From positions 17,050,001 through 17,114,000 of the forward strand of contig CP075493.1 of NCBI GenBank assembly GCA_021613535.1: DNA of 64,000 nt, in the 5' to 3' direction. Every line of letters starts with the position of its first letter. Within the stretch, counting starts at the first letter, position 1. This document shows positions 39,571 to 52,673 of the stretch, piece by piece. This DNA is from Adineta vaga. Lineage: Eukaryota > Animalia > Rotifera. Below the pieces are notes generated by a model, which worked only from the letters and a program-made list of their open reading frames with translations, searched no databases and was not told the DNA's origin. The position numbers and the translations under genes are program-made.

Positions 39571-40479
39571 ACTGCCGATCGAACATTACTATCCACCTTC
39601 ATTGACACTAACGAACATTATCGATTAGTTAGCTTTCTTCATTTATATTTTCAATTATGTGCTTCCGCTTCCCATATTCTCATATATTTTCTCTTTTCAG
39701 TTTCTTTTTAAAATTCTGCTCAATATTCAATTCCAATAAACAATACGCACTGAAAATGTATCCTACTTGGTCTCTTGAGAACAGTGCTATTTCGATTATT
39801 CTCTGTTCGCGTCAGAGTCCGACTTCGACCGAGACAGAACACGGATTAGATATGGTCACCGAAAAGATTTTCAACATTAGATCGGTTGGAATCACGGAAA
39901 AACTGCTGCGTCGGATTCTGGTTCGCATCGCTAGTTCTTTTAACTATCGTGTCTCTTAAATAAAAAATAATAAAAACAGCCATTTTTCGTTTACTCAATC
40001 AATATGCTGCATCGCAATTCTCTTCGATCAATGCCTGAAATAAGCTGTCTCCATCTTTCAGTTATAGTCCCCTTCTGGAAGTAAATGATTTGAAAAGTAG
40101 CGTTGAGACGCCAACTATGTTATACTAGCCGAGACTATCTCTTTGACAGATTATCATACATCTTACTTTTGTTCAGGAATCATGACCGGGCAAAACAGTC
40201 ATTAAACATCAAGGCTTCTCACTAAATGACAAAGCCATCTCCAAATGGTTTGCTGTTTGTTTCTCTATATTTTCATTGGGATTTCTAAATTCTAAATATC
40301 TTTCTTATTTCAAATAAACCACCCTACCTAAAAAAATTGCGCATAGACATTCGAATAAACATTAACAAAAAACCTTCATCAATTTTCTAGACGCACATGA
40401 ATGATGAGAGAAAGCAAGAATGCGTGGTAATTAAAGATAATGACAACTCATCTTGAATATGACAGTGACTTGAGGCTAG

Positions 40480-41036
40480 GGATGTAACAATACCAATACT
40501 CCAATACCGTATCGGTATTGTTACATCCCTACCATTGAACACAATGGTGGAATACCGATATTCTAAAAACCAATTCGACCTGGATGATCTTGAATGGTTG
40601 TATAAGTTCCACTTTATAATTTTAATTGTTTCTTTTCGATTTAGATCATGAACAACAATTTTTGTCAATAAAGAATTATAAAATGGTGAAATTTCTATTC
40701 CATTACAAATCCAGCTATCAATACGAACATCTTTTGATAGAAATTCAACTTGATAAAAACCTGATGATAGACGAAAATCATGTAAAAGATCTTCACTACA
40801 AATTCGATCTTCATTTGATGAATCAATTGATTTTGCAGTAAATTATATAATTCATCAATTGTTTCACCAGCTGCTAATCTTATCATCCATTCAACAAGAT
40901 CAATACCAAATATTGCTTCAGTAACGGGGATATTCAACCTTCAAAAAAAATTATTAATAAGTAAAATTCAAATTGAAAATTTAATTTAATTGTAAACGAC
41001 AATTTGCTTCAAGGGAATAATTCTTTTTTGAAATTC
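40480..41036 (-). pseudogene. Urea carboxylase / urea amidolyase fragment
   Basis: SLEANCRLQ/VEYPVTEAIFGIDLVEWMIRLAAG (biotin carboxylase), VRIDSWI.NG.EISPFY, then YST...YWSIGI (start of the carboxyltransferase domain). Truncated at junction O. Confidence 0.75.
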
Positions 41037-41268
41037 GAGGGTGTGGGTGCTTGCGTGTGTTTTCTCTTTCATCATCCACACCCACACCCACACCCACACC
41101 CACACCCACACCCACCCAGACCCAGACCCACACCCACCCAGACCCAGACCCAGACCCACACCCACACCCACACCCACACCCACACCCACCCAGACCCAGA
41201 CCCACACCCACCCAGACCCAGACCCAGACCCACACCCACACCCACACCCACACCCACACCCACACCCT
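41037..41268. repeat. Junction element O with an expanded (CCCACA/CCCAGA)n arm
   Basis: GAGGGTGTGGGTG, spacer, then about 180 bp of CCCACA and variant CCCAGA hexamers. Confidence 0.9.
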
Positions 41269-41407
41269 GAATGTAAACAATTAGAACAATTAAATCAAAT
41301 GATTGATATGAGCAAGTTATTAAAGAACTATATTGTATATCGTCAATACGAACGATTTTATATAACAATGGAAATGAATTTAGTTTAATAATTAGAATAC
41401 CATTGAT

Positions 41408-44400
41408 CAGTGTTTTTAATAGACCGTGCCAGCTGTGTGAGCAAAGTACCAGCGGCACGGAGAAATTTGAAAAGGCACGGTATTTGGCACTTTGCTAAAA
41501 AAAATGAGATATCTAGATGGTACTTTGTTAAATGAAAAAGTACCTTGCTTATTGGTTATCATAGCTTATCTATGAATCACTTTTTCCTTCCTTTATTTTA
41601 TTTCTACTTGTAGATGGAGCTAAAATAGTTTATTCTTCCACAAGATTTATTGTTGTTTTTAACTAGACAGGTTATTTAATTCGTTTTTTTCTTACATTTT
41701 TTTCTGGTTTCTCATTTGGTTTGGTGATTTGCTGTATTAATTTTCTCAACGTCTTTTTCAAATCTACGTTGGTATGTGATTATTTCGTTAGATTATTTCG
41801 AACCTTTGTTTTATACTTAGAACTATACAAGTTCGATATTCATTGTATTGAACAAGATATTCAATTCGTTTTTTTATTATTTTATTTCCGGTTTTCGTTT
41901 CTTTGTTGATTTGCGGATTTCTTAGTACTTTGTCGAAGACTAAGTAAGTGCATTTTCGTGATTATTTCATTTTTCTCATTCAGTTTATATTTATAATAGC
42001 TGTCTATGGATCAATCAAATTCTATTGAACTTCTTCATGATAGTTTATCATCTATTGGTATTCAAAAAGATGAACAAAATCTAAATGATTTATTAGCTAA
42101 TAATGGTGAAGTTTCATCTGAAGAAAATGAAATAAGTGATATTGATATTATTTTAACTGGTGTTATTGACAAATGTGCTGATGGAAATCGATTAGATATG
42201 TTATCAGATGTAACCATTAATCACGTTTGTGATACTTCATTAAAAAAAGGAAATCCAGCAGTAAAACAAACAACACATAATTCGAAACGATCAGAAAAGG
42301 AGAAACGTCGTTATTTGTCGTCATGGGAATCAGAACCAGTATGTTTTTATAAAACTTATTATTATGATATGCACAATGTTATGCTCGAAAGAAAAGTATG
42401 TTGGTTATATAAGAAAACCGATAAAAATGGTGATGACCGTATTTATTGTAAACTTTGTGCAAAATATCCAGGAATAAAATCAACAAATCGAAAAAGTAAT
42501 CCTTGGTGCACAGATGGTTATAGTATATTGAAAATGGCAAAAATCAAAGATCATGCAGCTAGTAATACTCATAAACAAGCTGAACAACTTGAATTACAAA
42601 CATCATCTAAAGTTCAACCGAACTGGTTGGTAGCACAAAATAAAGAACGAAGCAAACATGAGCTTTCAATTCAAAACTTAATTTTATCTTCTGTATATTT
42701 ATGTCAACAAGATCAATCAATAAATTCCTTTGGAAAATTATGTGTATTGATTGAAGCACTCGGTGTTAAATTATTACCAGCAGAGTTAGGTGGAGTTTCC
42801 TATCGAAACGATAATGCAGCTATAGAATTTTTGCGTCATGTTTCTGCTGGTTTACATGAAGAATTAGTACAAAAACTCAACCAAAGTCCATCGATCGGTA
42901 TAAAAAAATTACTTAAATTACCAAATATTTATTTTCTTGTTTTTTTAGGTTGGATGCTTGATGAAAGTACATCACGTACTGTTGAAAAAAGTTTAATAAT
43001 GTATGTTAGGTATTTCGAGAACAATGAAGCTAGGATTCAGTTTTATGGGATTTTGAAGTTAGATAGTGATGGTACAGCACATAACATTGTAGAATCTATT
43101 AAATTAATTTGGCAAAAAGATGGTTTTAATCCCGAAAAGACTTGTTGGTTTTCTACTGATAATGCTGCAACTTTCACAAGTACTAATTATTTATTGAAAT
43201 AATAAAATCTAATCTAATTGTTGAAGGTATAAATAATGGTGTTGTGACTAAATTGAAACGTGATTTTGGTCTTGCATTCATGGAATTAAACACTTGTGTA
43301 GCACATTCTTTTGCATTAGTAGGAAGTCAATCTGGTCTTTTCAAAGAAGGTATAAATTATCTAGTTTTATACATTGTTAAACAAGTTATTCTTTAGATGG
43401 TGGTAAACTGAAAAAACGAGATTTAATATGTAAAATGGAAAATATTATTGGAAAGATTTATTTATATTTCGGATCAAGTGCCATTCGAACTTTTAAATTG
43501 AAATCATGGCAAAATCTACTCGATATTCGTGAACTGAAATTTAAGAAATTGTTTCACATTCGATGGTCATCTATTAGAGATTCGATAAAACCAATTATCT
43601 TGAATGTTACACCAAGTAAATTGTTTTGAAAATTATTTAACATAATGTTATTATACTTATTATTTTATCATAGCAAAGCAAGCACTGTTAGCAACTTTAG
43701 AAACAATCAAATTTAACACGAAATTACCTGTCGATGATCGTGAATTTGCAGGAGAATTATTGGATTCGATACTTGATGATCAATTTTTGTTCATCCTCCA
43801 TTTTCACTATGACTTACATGAATGTGTTTTAGGTAAGATAATCTTATTACTTTTTAGAATTGTATCATTTGTTTTATAGGAGAATTAACAAAGATCTTAC
43901 AAGATGATGATTTACCATATTTTACCATGATGAACATATTAAATGAAAAGAAAAAGATATTGAATAACTGGTTATCTCAAAAAGATGAACTAGAACCTAT
44001 ACTTGGTCCTTCATTGAATGAATATGCAAATTCTACAGAAAAAAATCAGTCCTATGGTGCATTTACAATCATTACTGGTGATAGATCGAAACTTTTAAAT
44101 GAATGTTTTACACATATCAATCAATTATTAATAGAAATTGATAAAAGATTTAAACCTTCTTATGTACAACAACGTTTTATTGTTTTATTCGAACCTGATT
44201 ATTTAATTCAGCACAAAAGTGAGGTTGATAAACCTGGTTACGGTCGACAAGTACTTGATTTTCTTCGTATTAAATACCAACATTTACCTGAATTAAATAT
44301 GGATCAATGTCGAATTGAATGGGAAAAAATGAAGGTATCATTAAGTGAATTTGTTTTAAATAATCAAGAAAAAAATTCTCGACGAACATTTTGGAAATCT

Positions 44401-45454
44401 TTTATATTATGGAAAGAACCACTTGATAATTGTTTTCATGAACAATATAAAAATATCTTGATATTATTATCTATCTATTTGATATCATCACTTAGTTCCA
44501 CTGAATGTGAACGTGGTTATTCTGTTGCAAACAGAATTCAAACAAATGGACGTTCACGAATTATGATAGAAACACTTGATGTCTTGATGAATGTTCGATT
44601 ACTTTTACCAGATGATTTGAGAAGGTAAAAATATTGCCTGGTGCTGTGTCAGAAGACGCCGTTAAATTCTTAAATTAATTTTAGTGATCGATGTCGACAA
44701 GTAATTCAACAAGCATATAATTCATGGAATGGTATTAACGAAAATCGTCGAATCTTTAGCACAAAATTGATTATTGATGTACCAGATGATTATGAACCAA
44801 TAAAACACTCGCGTGCTACACATAAACGAAAACAAGAATCAGCAACAACTGACATTAGTCTACCTGAATCAAAAAAAAGAAAGTTAAAGATATAAAATGT
44901 GCTAATCGTTGTGGAAAATGTATCACTGATGATGATCCAGAAGAAATCCACGCCATACAATGTTGTCATCAGCAGGAATATTATGATTGGATTGAAGCTA
45001 ATTGTTCTCGTTGGTTATGCAATGTATGTCGTGTAAAATTAGGAATATCTATAGATACATTATCATGGTTTTGTGAAGATTGTATTGACATGCACGCAAA
45101 CGAATAATTGATTAGCGTTTTATTTTTTTGTTTGATATTGTATATAGTATGTTTACCATATTGTGGTTACTATTAGTTCATGAAAATATTCTTAATTTAT
45201 AGTCAGATATTTATGTATTTATTGTTGTTGGTGTTGATGTGTTTTACTTTATATTTGTATTATTTTTTCCATAGAGCTATCTCGTTATGAAAATATACTG
45301 ATAGTAAAAACTTTCACTATGTTTTCCTGTTATTTTTTTAAACTTTGGTACGGTATGGTACTTTGCCACTTAAAACAAAGTACCACATGGCACTTTGACT
45401 ATACATTGAACGTGCCAGTAGGCCTTCTGCTCCGGATTCCTATTAAAAACACTG
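41408..45454 (+). mobile_element. Full-length hAT transposon (ZNF862-like transposase)
   Basis: 15-bp TIR CAGTGTTTTTAATAG; 8-bp TSD CCATTGAT at 41400-41407 and 45455-45462. Confidence 0.93.
42006..45107 (+). CDS. hAT transposase, multi-exon, with a C-terminal PHD-like Cys cluster (frameshift in the A-run near 44875)
   Basis: CKLC..H..H zinc finger, MLDEST, STDNAA, CVAH, IRWSS, SSTECERGYS dimerisation motif. Confidence 0.8.
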
Positions 45455-45787
45455 CCATTGATATTGGTTATATTGTTAATTCAGTATACTATAACATCTG
45501 GAACAAATTCGTTGTTCATTTGAAGTCTTGACTACTATGATTATAGCAATGAAAATAGTACATTTTTATGTTAAATATTGATCGAATCACGTGTATTTAC
45601 TTTTCTTTTTGCTTGATGTTTATTTAAATAACGAAAAGAAATGACGTTAGATTCCTATACTTAACTTGGAAACTTTTCAAATGTCTTGTATTACTTCCTC
45701 TCAAGTACACACACACTCTTTGCTGATGCTATATAAATGCATGCAATCACAGTTTCTTCTCATTGTCAATTGATTTTTTAGTCAAAT

Positions 45788-46589
45788 ATGCAGAAGATGA
45801 ATCCCAAGGTGAGGGTAATATAACAATTTAATGTATGATTCGACCTTATATTTTAGGTCGATGTATTACTTTCTTATGAAAAAGTTGTAGAAAATTTAAA
45901 TGAACCACCACCATCCTATATAACAACTACCTCAACTGAATTACCTTCTGGATCTCAACAAGACGCTCGTTATCGAATCATTTTCAAATCACTTGTCAAA
46001 CATTTTGCTGCAAATAAATTGTCCACAGTAATTATAATTGTTTTTATTTCATTCTCAATTGTTTCATTAGCCGCTGTGCTTGTCGGAGCTCGTGATCATT
46101 CAAATTGTCCTCGAAAACTGAAACCAGCTATATGGTTGATTTGCTTGGTGCATTTACATTCATTTGGTGTTGAATTATGAGTATTTTAGTAGGTTTATCG
46201 AAAATAGAATGAGTATAATCAATAATTTCTTATTTTATAGGATCAATTCTTAAATCTATCAAACGTTTTAGACTATTAGTCGAACTCTATGTGATGATCC
46301 ATATCGTCGATAGTGTAAAATTGTATTAATTATTGCTTTTATTTTGATTTCCATATTCAATATGATTTGGGGCATTCTTGTACGTAATATTATCTTATTG
46401 TTTTGGAAATTCATGAAACAACTCTTTTTTTCCTAGGAATTTACTTTAGCTTCTGCCAACCCAGATAAGAATTCAGTTGATCAATGTGATTCATCCGTTG
46501 TGAGCTTCGCACAGGGTCTGAGTTTCTTTATAATGACTATATGGCTTGCTGTGTATTTGGTCTTGTCTTTGGTTAAAATTCACTATTAG
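45788..46589 (+). pseudogene. TMEM272-like multi-TM protein pseudogene
   Basis: PPPSY motif, then TM, VG..DHSNCP....AIWLI; stops and frameshifts downstream. Confidence 0.4.
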
Positions 46590-46900
46590 CTTGATTGAAT
46601 TTTGTAAACATGAACATATTTTATCAATACAATTGATCATTTACGTTTAAAAAAATGTTCAAATTCTATGTATATCAGTTTAGAAAAATGTACAATAACT
46701 GTGCTATATATTCTAAATGTTATCTTTTAGAAGAAGATCATTCTAGACGAGTTTTATGTTCGTAAAATAGCATCGATTATAAATCAATCCTAATTGATGA
46801 GATAGAAGACATAGGGAAGTCATAGAGAAATATCAGTATTTTTTTAATAACTCAGGAATCGCTCATCCAATCAGACTCATCTTCGAACTCGAGTGAGATA

Positions 46901-46951
46901 TGGGGTGAGGGTGAGTGTTGGTTAACTACGTAGATCCACACTCTCACACTC
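46901..46951. repeat. Degenerate junction element P
   Basis: TGGGGTGAGGGTGAGTGT ... CCACACTCTCACACTC. Confidence 0.6.
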
Positions 46952-47773
46952 TACGTTAAAAAGAACATCAAGGTAAGATACAATGATTAAACGCAAAACG
47001 AAGTAGTAGCCCTCATGGAGAATATGAAAGCATTACATATTTCTCCAATCAACATATGTTTTCCATTAATCCCATCTGCCTCAACACTTTTTAGAAGACG
47101 TGTGTGTATGCGTTAAATTGAAGAAGTAGTTTTCTCTTCGCCTTTGGTATAATGATGCTTATTTACCGTTTGAACATATAACAATATTCAATTAGATTTG
47201 GTTTCTCATATATTGACAAACTTTGATACATAGGCCACACGTGTGAAATAACATCCATCGATTTTATTCTGAAATTATCGCCAAATAATAATTTAAAATC
47301 TGTTAAAACACAAATAAGCAAGTGTAATTGATAAAAATCGTGTTATTTATTTTAATTTCTCATTGCCATCCAATATAATGCTATAGTTAGTCGTTTAACT
47401 GTTATATCACTAGATCAAATATCATCACTACACGAGCACTTTTGACTATGCAGAATCAGTTACGAGGAAGTAAAATGCTGCGTTTGTGACTTATGTGATA
47501 AATGATTTTCGATTTCATCGATAAAATCAAATACTTGCTATCGAATGAAAAACAGAAGTGATTGAAAATATCAAACGGAAGAGAATAGTAGGGTGATAAG
47601 TACAGAATGAAATCAATGACATCATTCTAAAGGGTAGCATATCTCTCTCTCTTTCTCTATTATCTATTTCTACACTAAATATGATATTTATATATTGTAT
47701 ATAAAAGTATTCGTACTATTCATTGTTTTTCAACATTAAACATAATTGTTTATACAAAGATTCACAGATACAA

Positions 47774-48772
47774 ATGAGATAACAACAATTAAATATCATC
47801 ACTTTTCTTTGGTTTTTAATAAAAATTTTCACTTATGAATGTAAAAGAAACAGCAATAACTCAAGATCCTTTCTATATTATTGCACATATGGCTAATAAT
47901 CGTGAAACTCTTGATTGGGCAGTATTAAGAGGTGCCAATGCAATTGAAAATGATTTTTAATTTAATAATGATGGATATCCTAGTGTTGTTGAACATGGAC
48001 GAATATGTGATTGTGATTGCAATATTCACAAAGATAGCATTTGTTATCATGGACTAGATAAAAAAATATGTAGGATCGAAAGCCAGAGATGATGTTACAG
48101 CTTATGTAAGACATGTTGCACAACTTAATGGTGTCGCTTTGTTCATTGTCGATTCGAAAATAAAAGCTAAATTGGAAAATGGACTTAATCAAAGCTGGAG
48201 AGACAATTATTTCTTTTCTTGATAGCAATTTCTTTAAATATGGTTACAAAGGAAAAGTCATTATTGAATCTTCAAAAGTCGATACATTCAAATATATACA
48301 AGCTACAGTTAAAGCAGCGAATAATTCAGTAAATAGAGATCATTATTTATTGACATTCGATGGAGAAGATAATAATTATCAAAATGTTATATCAATATTG
48401 TCTGGTTTAACAAATCATCGTGTATATGAAACAGGAATTACTATCTGTTCTGGAAAAACATTTTATACTGCTATTCAGAATAGTATTAATGGTAAAAGTA
48501 ATGGAGAACATGGTATGACTTAACTCTGAACTATAAATGAAAAATCTTCTATGAAAGATTAAATTAATCGAGGTGCTCAATGAATCGTGACAAATCGAAT
48601 CGCTTTAGCCAAACGAGTAGCAGTCTCAATGGGTGTAACAATGGCAAAGGTTTCTACGTCTATTCTTATCTCGAAAGTTTCTACATCATCGATAGATAAA
48701 TGTGATTGTGATTATCATAGAGGAGGTTGTATGATTTCGTGGCCTGCACCAAGTAAAAAAGCTTGCCAATAA
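47774..48772 (+). pseudogene. GDPD-like sphingomyelinase D / phospholipase D (SicTox-like) pseudogene with a C-terminal Cys-rich domain
   Basis: PFYIIAHMAN, GANAIEND, EHGRICDC, IVDSK, IVTNR, CDCDYHRGGC; several in-frame stops and frameshifts. Confidence 0.85.
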
Positions 48773-49138
48773 TTTATTTGATTTCAATCAGTTTTTCCCC
48801 CATTGCTAATTAGCTTCTTTTATGCCTCAAAGTTCCAACGAATAAAACAAAACAAAAATGTTTATTTTTGCTAAAAAGTTTACAAAGTCAGACATGCTGA
48901 AGTTTTTTACAATATTATTTGTCGAGCTCTAACATATTTCTATTTGATATCAAATTTCCTTATATATTCTTGTAGAGAATTTGACGCCACATCTTTTGGT
49001 AAAAACCTGAGGAAAAACAATTGGACCATATAGAGAAAAATAATAAAAAAATTCGGCTCCGTTCCCCTGGATCACCCGTTATACATATATGAATAGTTCG
49101 AGTAAATTTGAAAAAAAACTACAATGATAACAGTAATT

Positions 49139-49888
49139 TTAATATTGTTCATCGCCTGTTTCTGGATAGATACGAAGTTCATCAATAACTAAGCCAATAG
49201 TAAGCAACAAGCCAAATTCAGAAGAACTATATTGTGTGTGGTTCATAACCATGAATTCGTATGCATAATCATCAAATGGATATTTTGGGCGTTGATAATT
49301 AATGTATGCTATGGCTTTCGTACTATTCGTATTTGTAATCGTCATTCGAAAAGGATGCATTTCTAAAGCAGCAAGAGTGAACATTGGATATATTTTGGTG
49401 AATGTCCAGCTTGATTCATTTCGTGTTCTTTCTGTTTCATTAATAATAACTTGTTTCCCACTTGTTGTAGAAATGAGATCAAGTGATAATGGTGTATTGA
49501 CTGAGAAATTAATTAAGTCATCTTGGCAAAGTTGTAACGCACCTTTTGGCTCGGTTAATGTTGTGTAGATAACATAACATTTTATTCTTGAGCTGTCACA
49601 TGAATGAACACAATCTTGTACAAAATCGCAGAGTTGCTCAGTATTATTTGATTTAAAAACAAGACTGTAGTTAGCATATGATGATATGGGTTGTTTTACC
49701 ATATAATTTGCTGGCAAATGAAATTCATCCTGCCAATTTTTTTGTAATAATCCATGTGGTACCATTAATTTGATACATTCTCCTCTTGAGAAAAAAAACA
49801 TGTAACTAAATAAAATATGAGACGCTGTCATCTTAGTGAGCAATAAACTTTTTAATGTTCGACGAGAGCAAATAGAAACACGGTTCAT
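49139..49888 (-). CDS. Putative LURP1/Tubby-C/scramblase-like protein
   Basis: Beta-rich body and a C-terminal hydrophobic helix ending in D (FGLLLTIGLVIDEL); intronless. Confidence 0.5.
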   Translation of the reverse strand: MNRVSICSRRTLKSLLLTKMTASHILFSYMFFFSRGECIKLMVPHGLLQKNWQDEFHLPANYMVKQPISSYANYSLVFKSNNTEQLCDFVQDCVHSCDSSRIKCYVIYTTLTEPKGALQLCQDDLINFSVNTPLSLDLISTTSGKQVIINETERTRNESSWTFTKIYPMFTLAALEMHPFRMTITNTNSTKAIAYINYQRPKYPFDDYAYEFMVMNHTQYSSSEFGLLLTIGLVIDELRIYPETGDEQY

Positions 49889-51313
49889 CTCTCAGTCAAT
49901 ATAATGTGAACTTCTTCATCTTCAATACACATTATAACGAGTTGGATAGAATATACTCCTATTGGTGCACTGCTTTTTTTCTCCATTCTTACCGCTTCTT
50001 TTTTCAAGTCGTGTACATCTTCTTGTACATATGAGAGAACAATCTATTCACGACAGAAAAAGAAGACGAAAAGTAAGCGGTCACATACTGACTAGGAGAG
50101 AAAAGAGAACAAGGCGAGGAGTATAGAGATTATAAAAGAAGACGAATAGAGAAGGAATGATTAAACATTCTCTTTCTTCCCAAACGTTCATAGCTAACTT
50201 AATGTTTGTTCATAGTTTGAGCACGTAAGTTCAGTTGTTCTTTTCATGAACGTGTGGCGAATGCAAATACTTAAAATTTAATTCTTACAGAGTTTTTTCA
50301 ATACAGTGAGTGCTATAAACATATACGCATTATAAGAGTATTTAGAAAATTTTGTTTGAAAAAAATGTATTTTAAGCTATTTTACAGTGTTTAGTATTTT
50401 GATTATAACATTATCATTCTTCAATAAAATTCAAAAAGTTTTTACCAAAATGATCAGCGAAAAAAGCTCTACAAAGTCGGTCAACAAACAAAATTTTCTG
50501 AATACCCTTATAATTTGTATATGTGTAAAAAAATTAAACCGTACATGCTTTTGCGGCACTCACTGTGTCATCTTGATGTAGTAGAACTTGGATAAATATG
50601 TATCCGCTGCAGAAATAGATTGAATAGAACCATTCCTTAAGATTTTACACTCGGGGTAAGCTTTTTTTTTTCTAACAGAAGCAATATTTCTGACATTGAT
50701 CAGCAGTAATAAATAACTCGATCTTTTGAAATTTAAGGAAATGAGAAGGTGAGAATTTTATCTGAGGCAATGTGCATTTAAAAATAGAAAACTTTGTTAT
50801 TTATTCTTTCTGTATTTACTCTACATATGCAATACAGTTCAATCAATATTATTGCTTAAAAAAAGCGTGCATTAGAAAAAAAGATAGATATATAGAGGTA
50901 TAACGATAGAAAAAGTGGACAAGCAGAAGAGATGTATGCAGAGATATTTCAATCTGATCAATATTGGGAGGTAGAGTGACATTTTTTCAAGAAAGTTGAG
51001 ATTATCTTCTTTGGTTATTTATTTTGTAACAACTTTTTCCGATTCAGGAGAACTTTATAAAATAAAAAACCTCAATTTTACCCTCCAGTCTTTTGAGAAG
51101 AAAAATTATTTTTGTACAGAATTCAAAATAGTTTTTCCATACTTTTAACACCGTGGACATTCATACCAGCGAATATTGATCAAAATCATGCTATATAGAA
51201 AGCACAACTATGTAAATGTCTCAGCATTAAGCTCTAAATCTTTGAAAATCTGGTTACATTCATGCAACTCATATTGTTTATTAAAGAGAAATTTTTCCTC
51301 CTAATAAAAACTC

Positions 51314-51657
51314 CCCAGACAGACAAGGACCGAAAAAATACGCGTAAAAACGGTGATATTTTAACGAAAATAAAATCGGGAAAAGCGCACATTTTCAGGA
51401 ATTAATACGCGTTAAATTTCTTTCGTAGCGTTAAAAACCCGTTAATCCTTGGCATTTAACGAGTAATACTGCGTTTAATCTTATAAAATAACGGGTTATT
51501 ACGAAGAAATCTTGAACGCATTAAAATATTTATGCGTAAAAACACGTTTAAGATTCGTCAAAACGGCGTTTTTACGATTGCGAACTGTTACTACGCCGTT
51601 TTAACAAAATCTCAACGTGTTTTTACGCGTTTTTTTGATAAGTTTTGTCTGTCTGGG
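51314..51657. mobile_element. CMC/EnSpm-type MITE
   Basis: TIR CCCAGACAGACAA, 2-bp TSD TC, internal ACGCGT/AAAAACG repeats. Confidence 0.75.
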
Positions 51658-52673
51658 TCCGCTTTTCCTTCAATTTTTTTTCAGAGACTAAACCGTTGTT
51701 AAATACATCTTATGGTATTTCTTAAGAATTTTCACGTTATTCGCCCATACCTAATTCCAGTTATGTTTATTACAAAGTCATATTTTTAGGCCAACATTGA
51801 GCTTCTGGTTGTCCTCATACTTAGCCCATGATGGACACAAATAAAGAGATGAACATCACTGATTTTATACGAAAAGATAGAGAAAAAAGTTGTCTATTTG
51901 CTCAATATTGAATTAAATCGAAAAGAAGAAATTGATATACAATTTGAGCCTGACTACTCCATTTTTGATAGGAATTTTTCCGAAGTCGATCACTTTCAGT
52001 CGTGTTTTTATAATCATGATCATACATAAAAATATTTTACTATATATAATTTGATAGAGAATTTTGAGCTCTACAAAACTATATATTTTCCAAGGTCTAG
52101 AAACGTTGGTTACTAAGGGAATTGTTAGTCATACTGTTCTGAGATGCGATTTTAGCATTTTCTCGGCCACTATTTAGTCATCTCTAATTGAGAAAACTCT
52201 AGATTATGTCGAAACTGATATTATATTCGCAATCAGCACTCAAGAGTAGCCGCCTACTTCGACTTCGAATATAAATAAAGATTTTGACAAAGCGTTCCTA
52301 GACGTAGTTTTTGGAAGATAAATATTTAGTTTTTGTTACTCATCAATATAATTCATAAACAAAGATACATATGTGCATATTTTAGGATTATAATGAATGG
52401 CAACCAATGTAAAACTATTCCTATTCTCACTGGAAAACATTCTTTGTGAATTGTAATCACTTATAGATAAAAGAAAATCTATTCCTGTTCTATAGAGAAA
52501 CTCTAGCTCAAGTTTTATCATTTATTTTCGAAGTGATACCAAATAGTTGAATGTGCATTTATATTCGAATTCAAACTAGGCAGCTCATTTGAAAAAGAAG
52601 CCATACACAAATCTTCTATTTTGAAAGAACATTTTTATGAACTATTGTGTCATGTCTTCATTTTATTTAGAAG

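Noticed and set aside
39020-39628. 202-aa extremely hydrophobic ORF (V/I/L/M/F)
   Set aside because: A shadow of the NNT pattern: shifting the frame puts T in codon position 2, which gives only hydrophobic residues and no stops. The frame with the signal peptide and Cys pattern is the credible one.
37000-41000. A canonical DGR (RT plus template repeat) next to the NNT gene
   Set aside because: No reverse transcriptase ORF and no A-rich template copy is visible in this window, so the DGR analogy remains an inference.
40981-41458. Several ORFs of VWVW/HPHP/TPTP repeats
   Set aside because: Translations of the telomeric hexamer tract.
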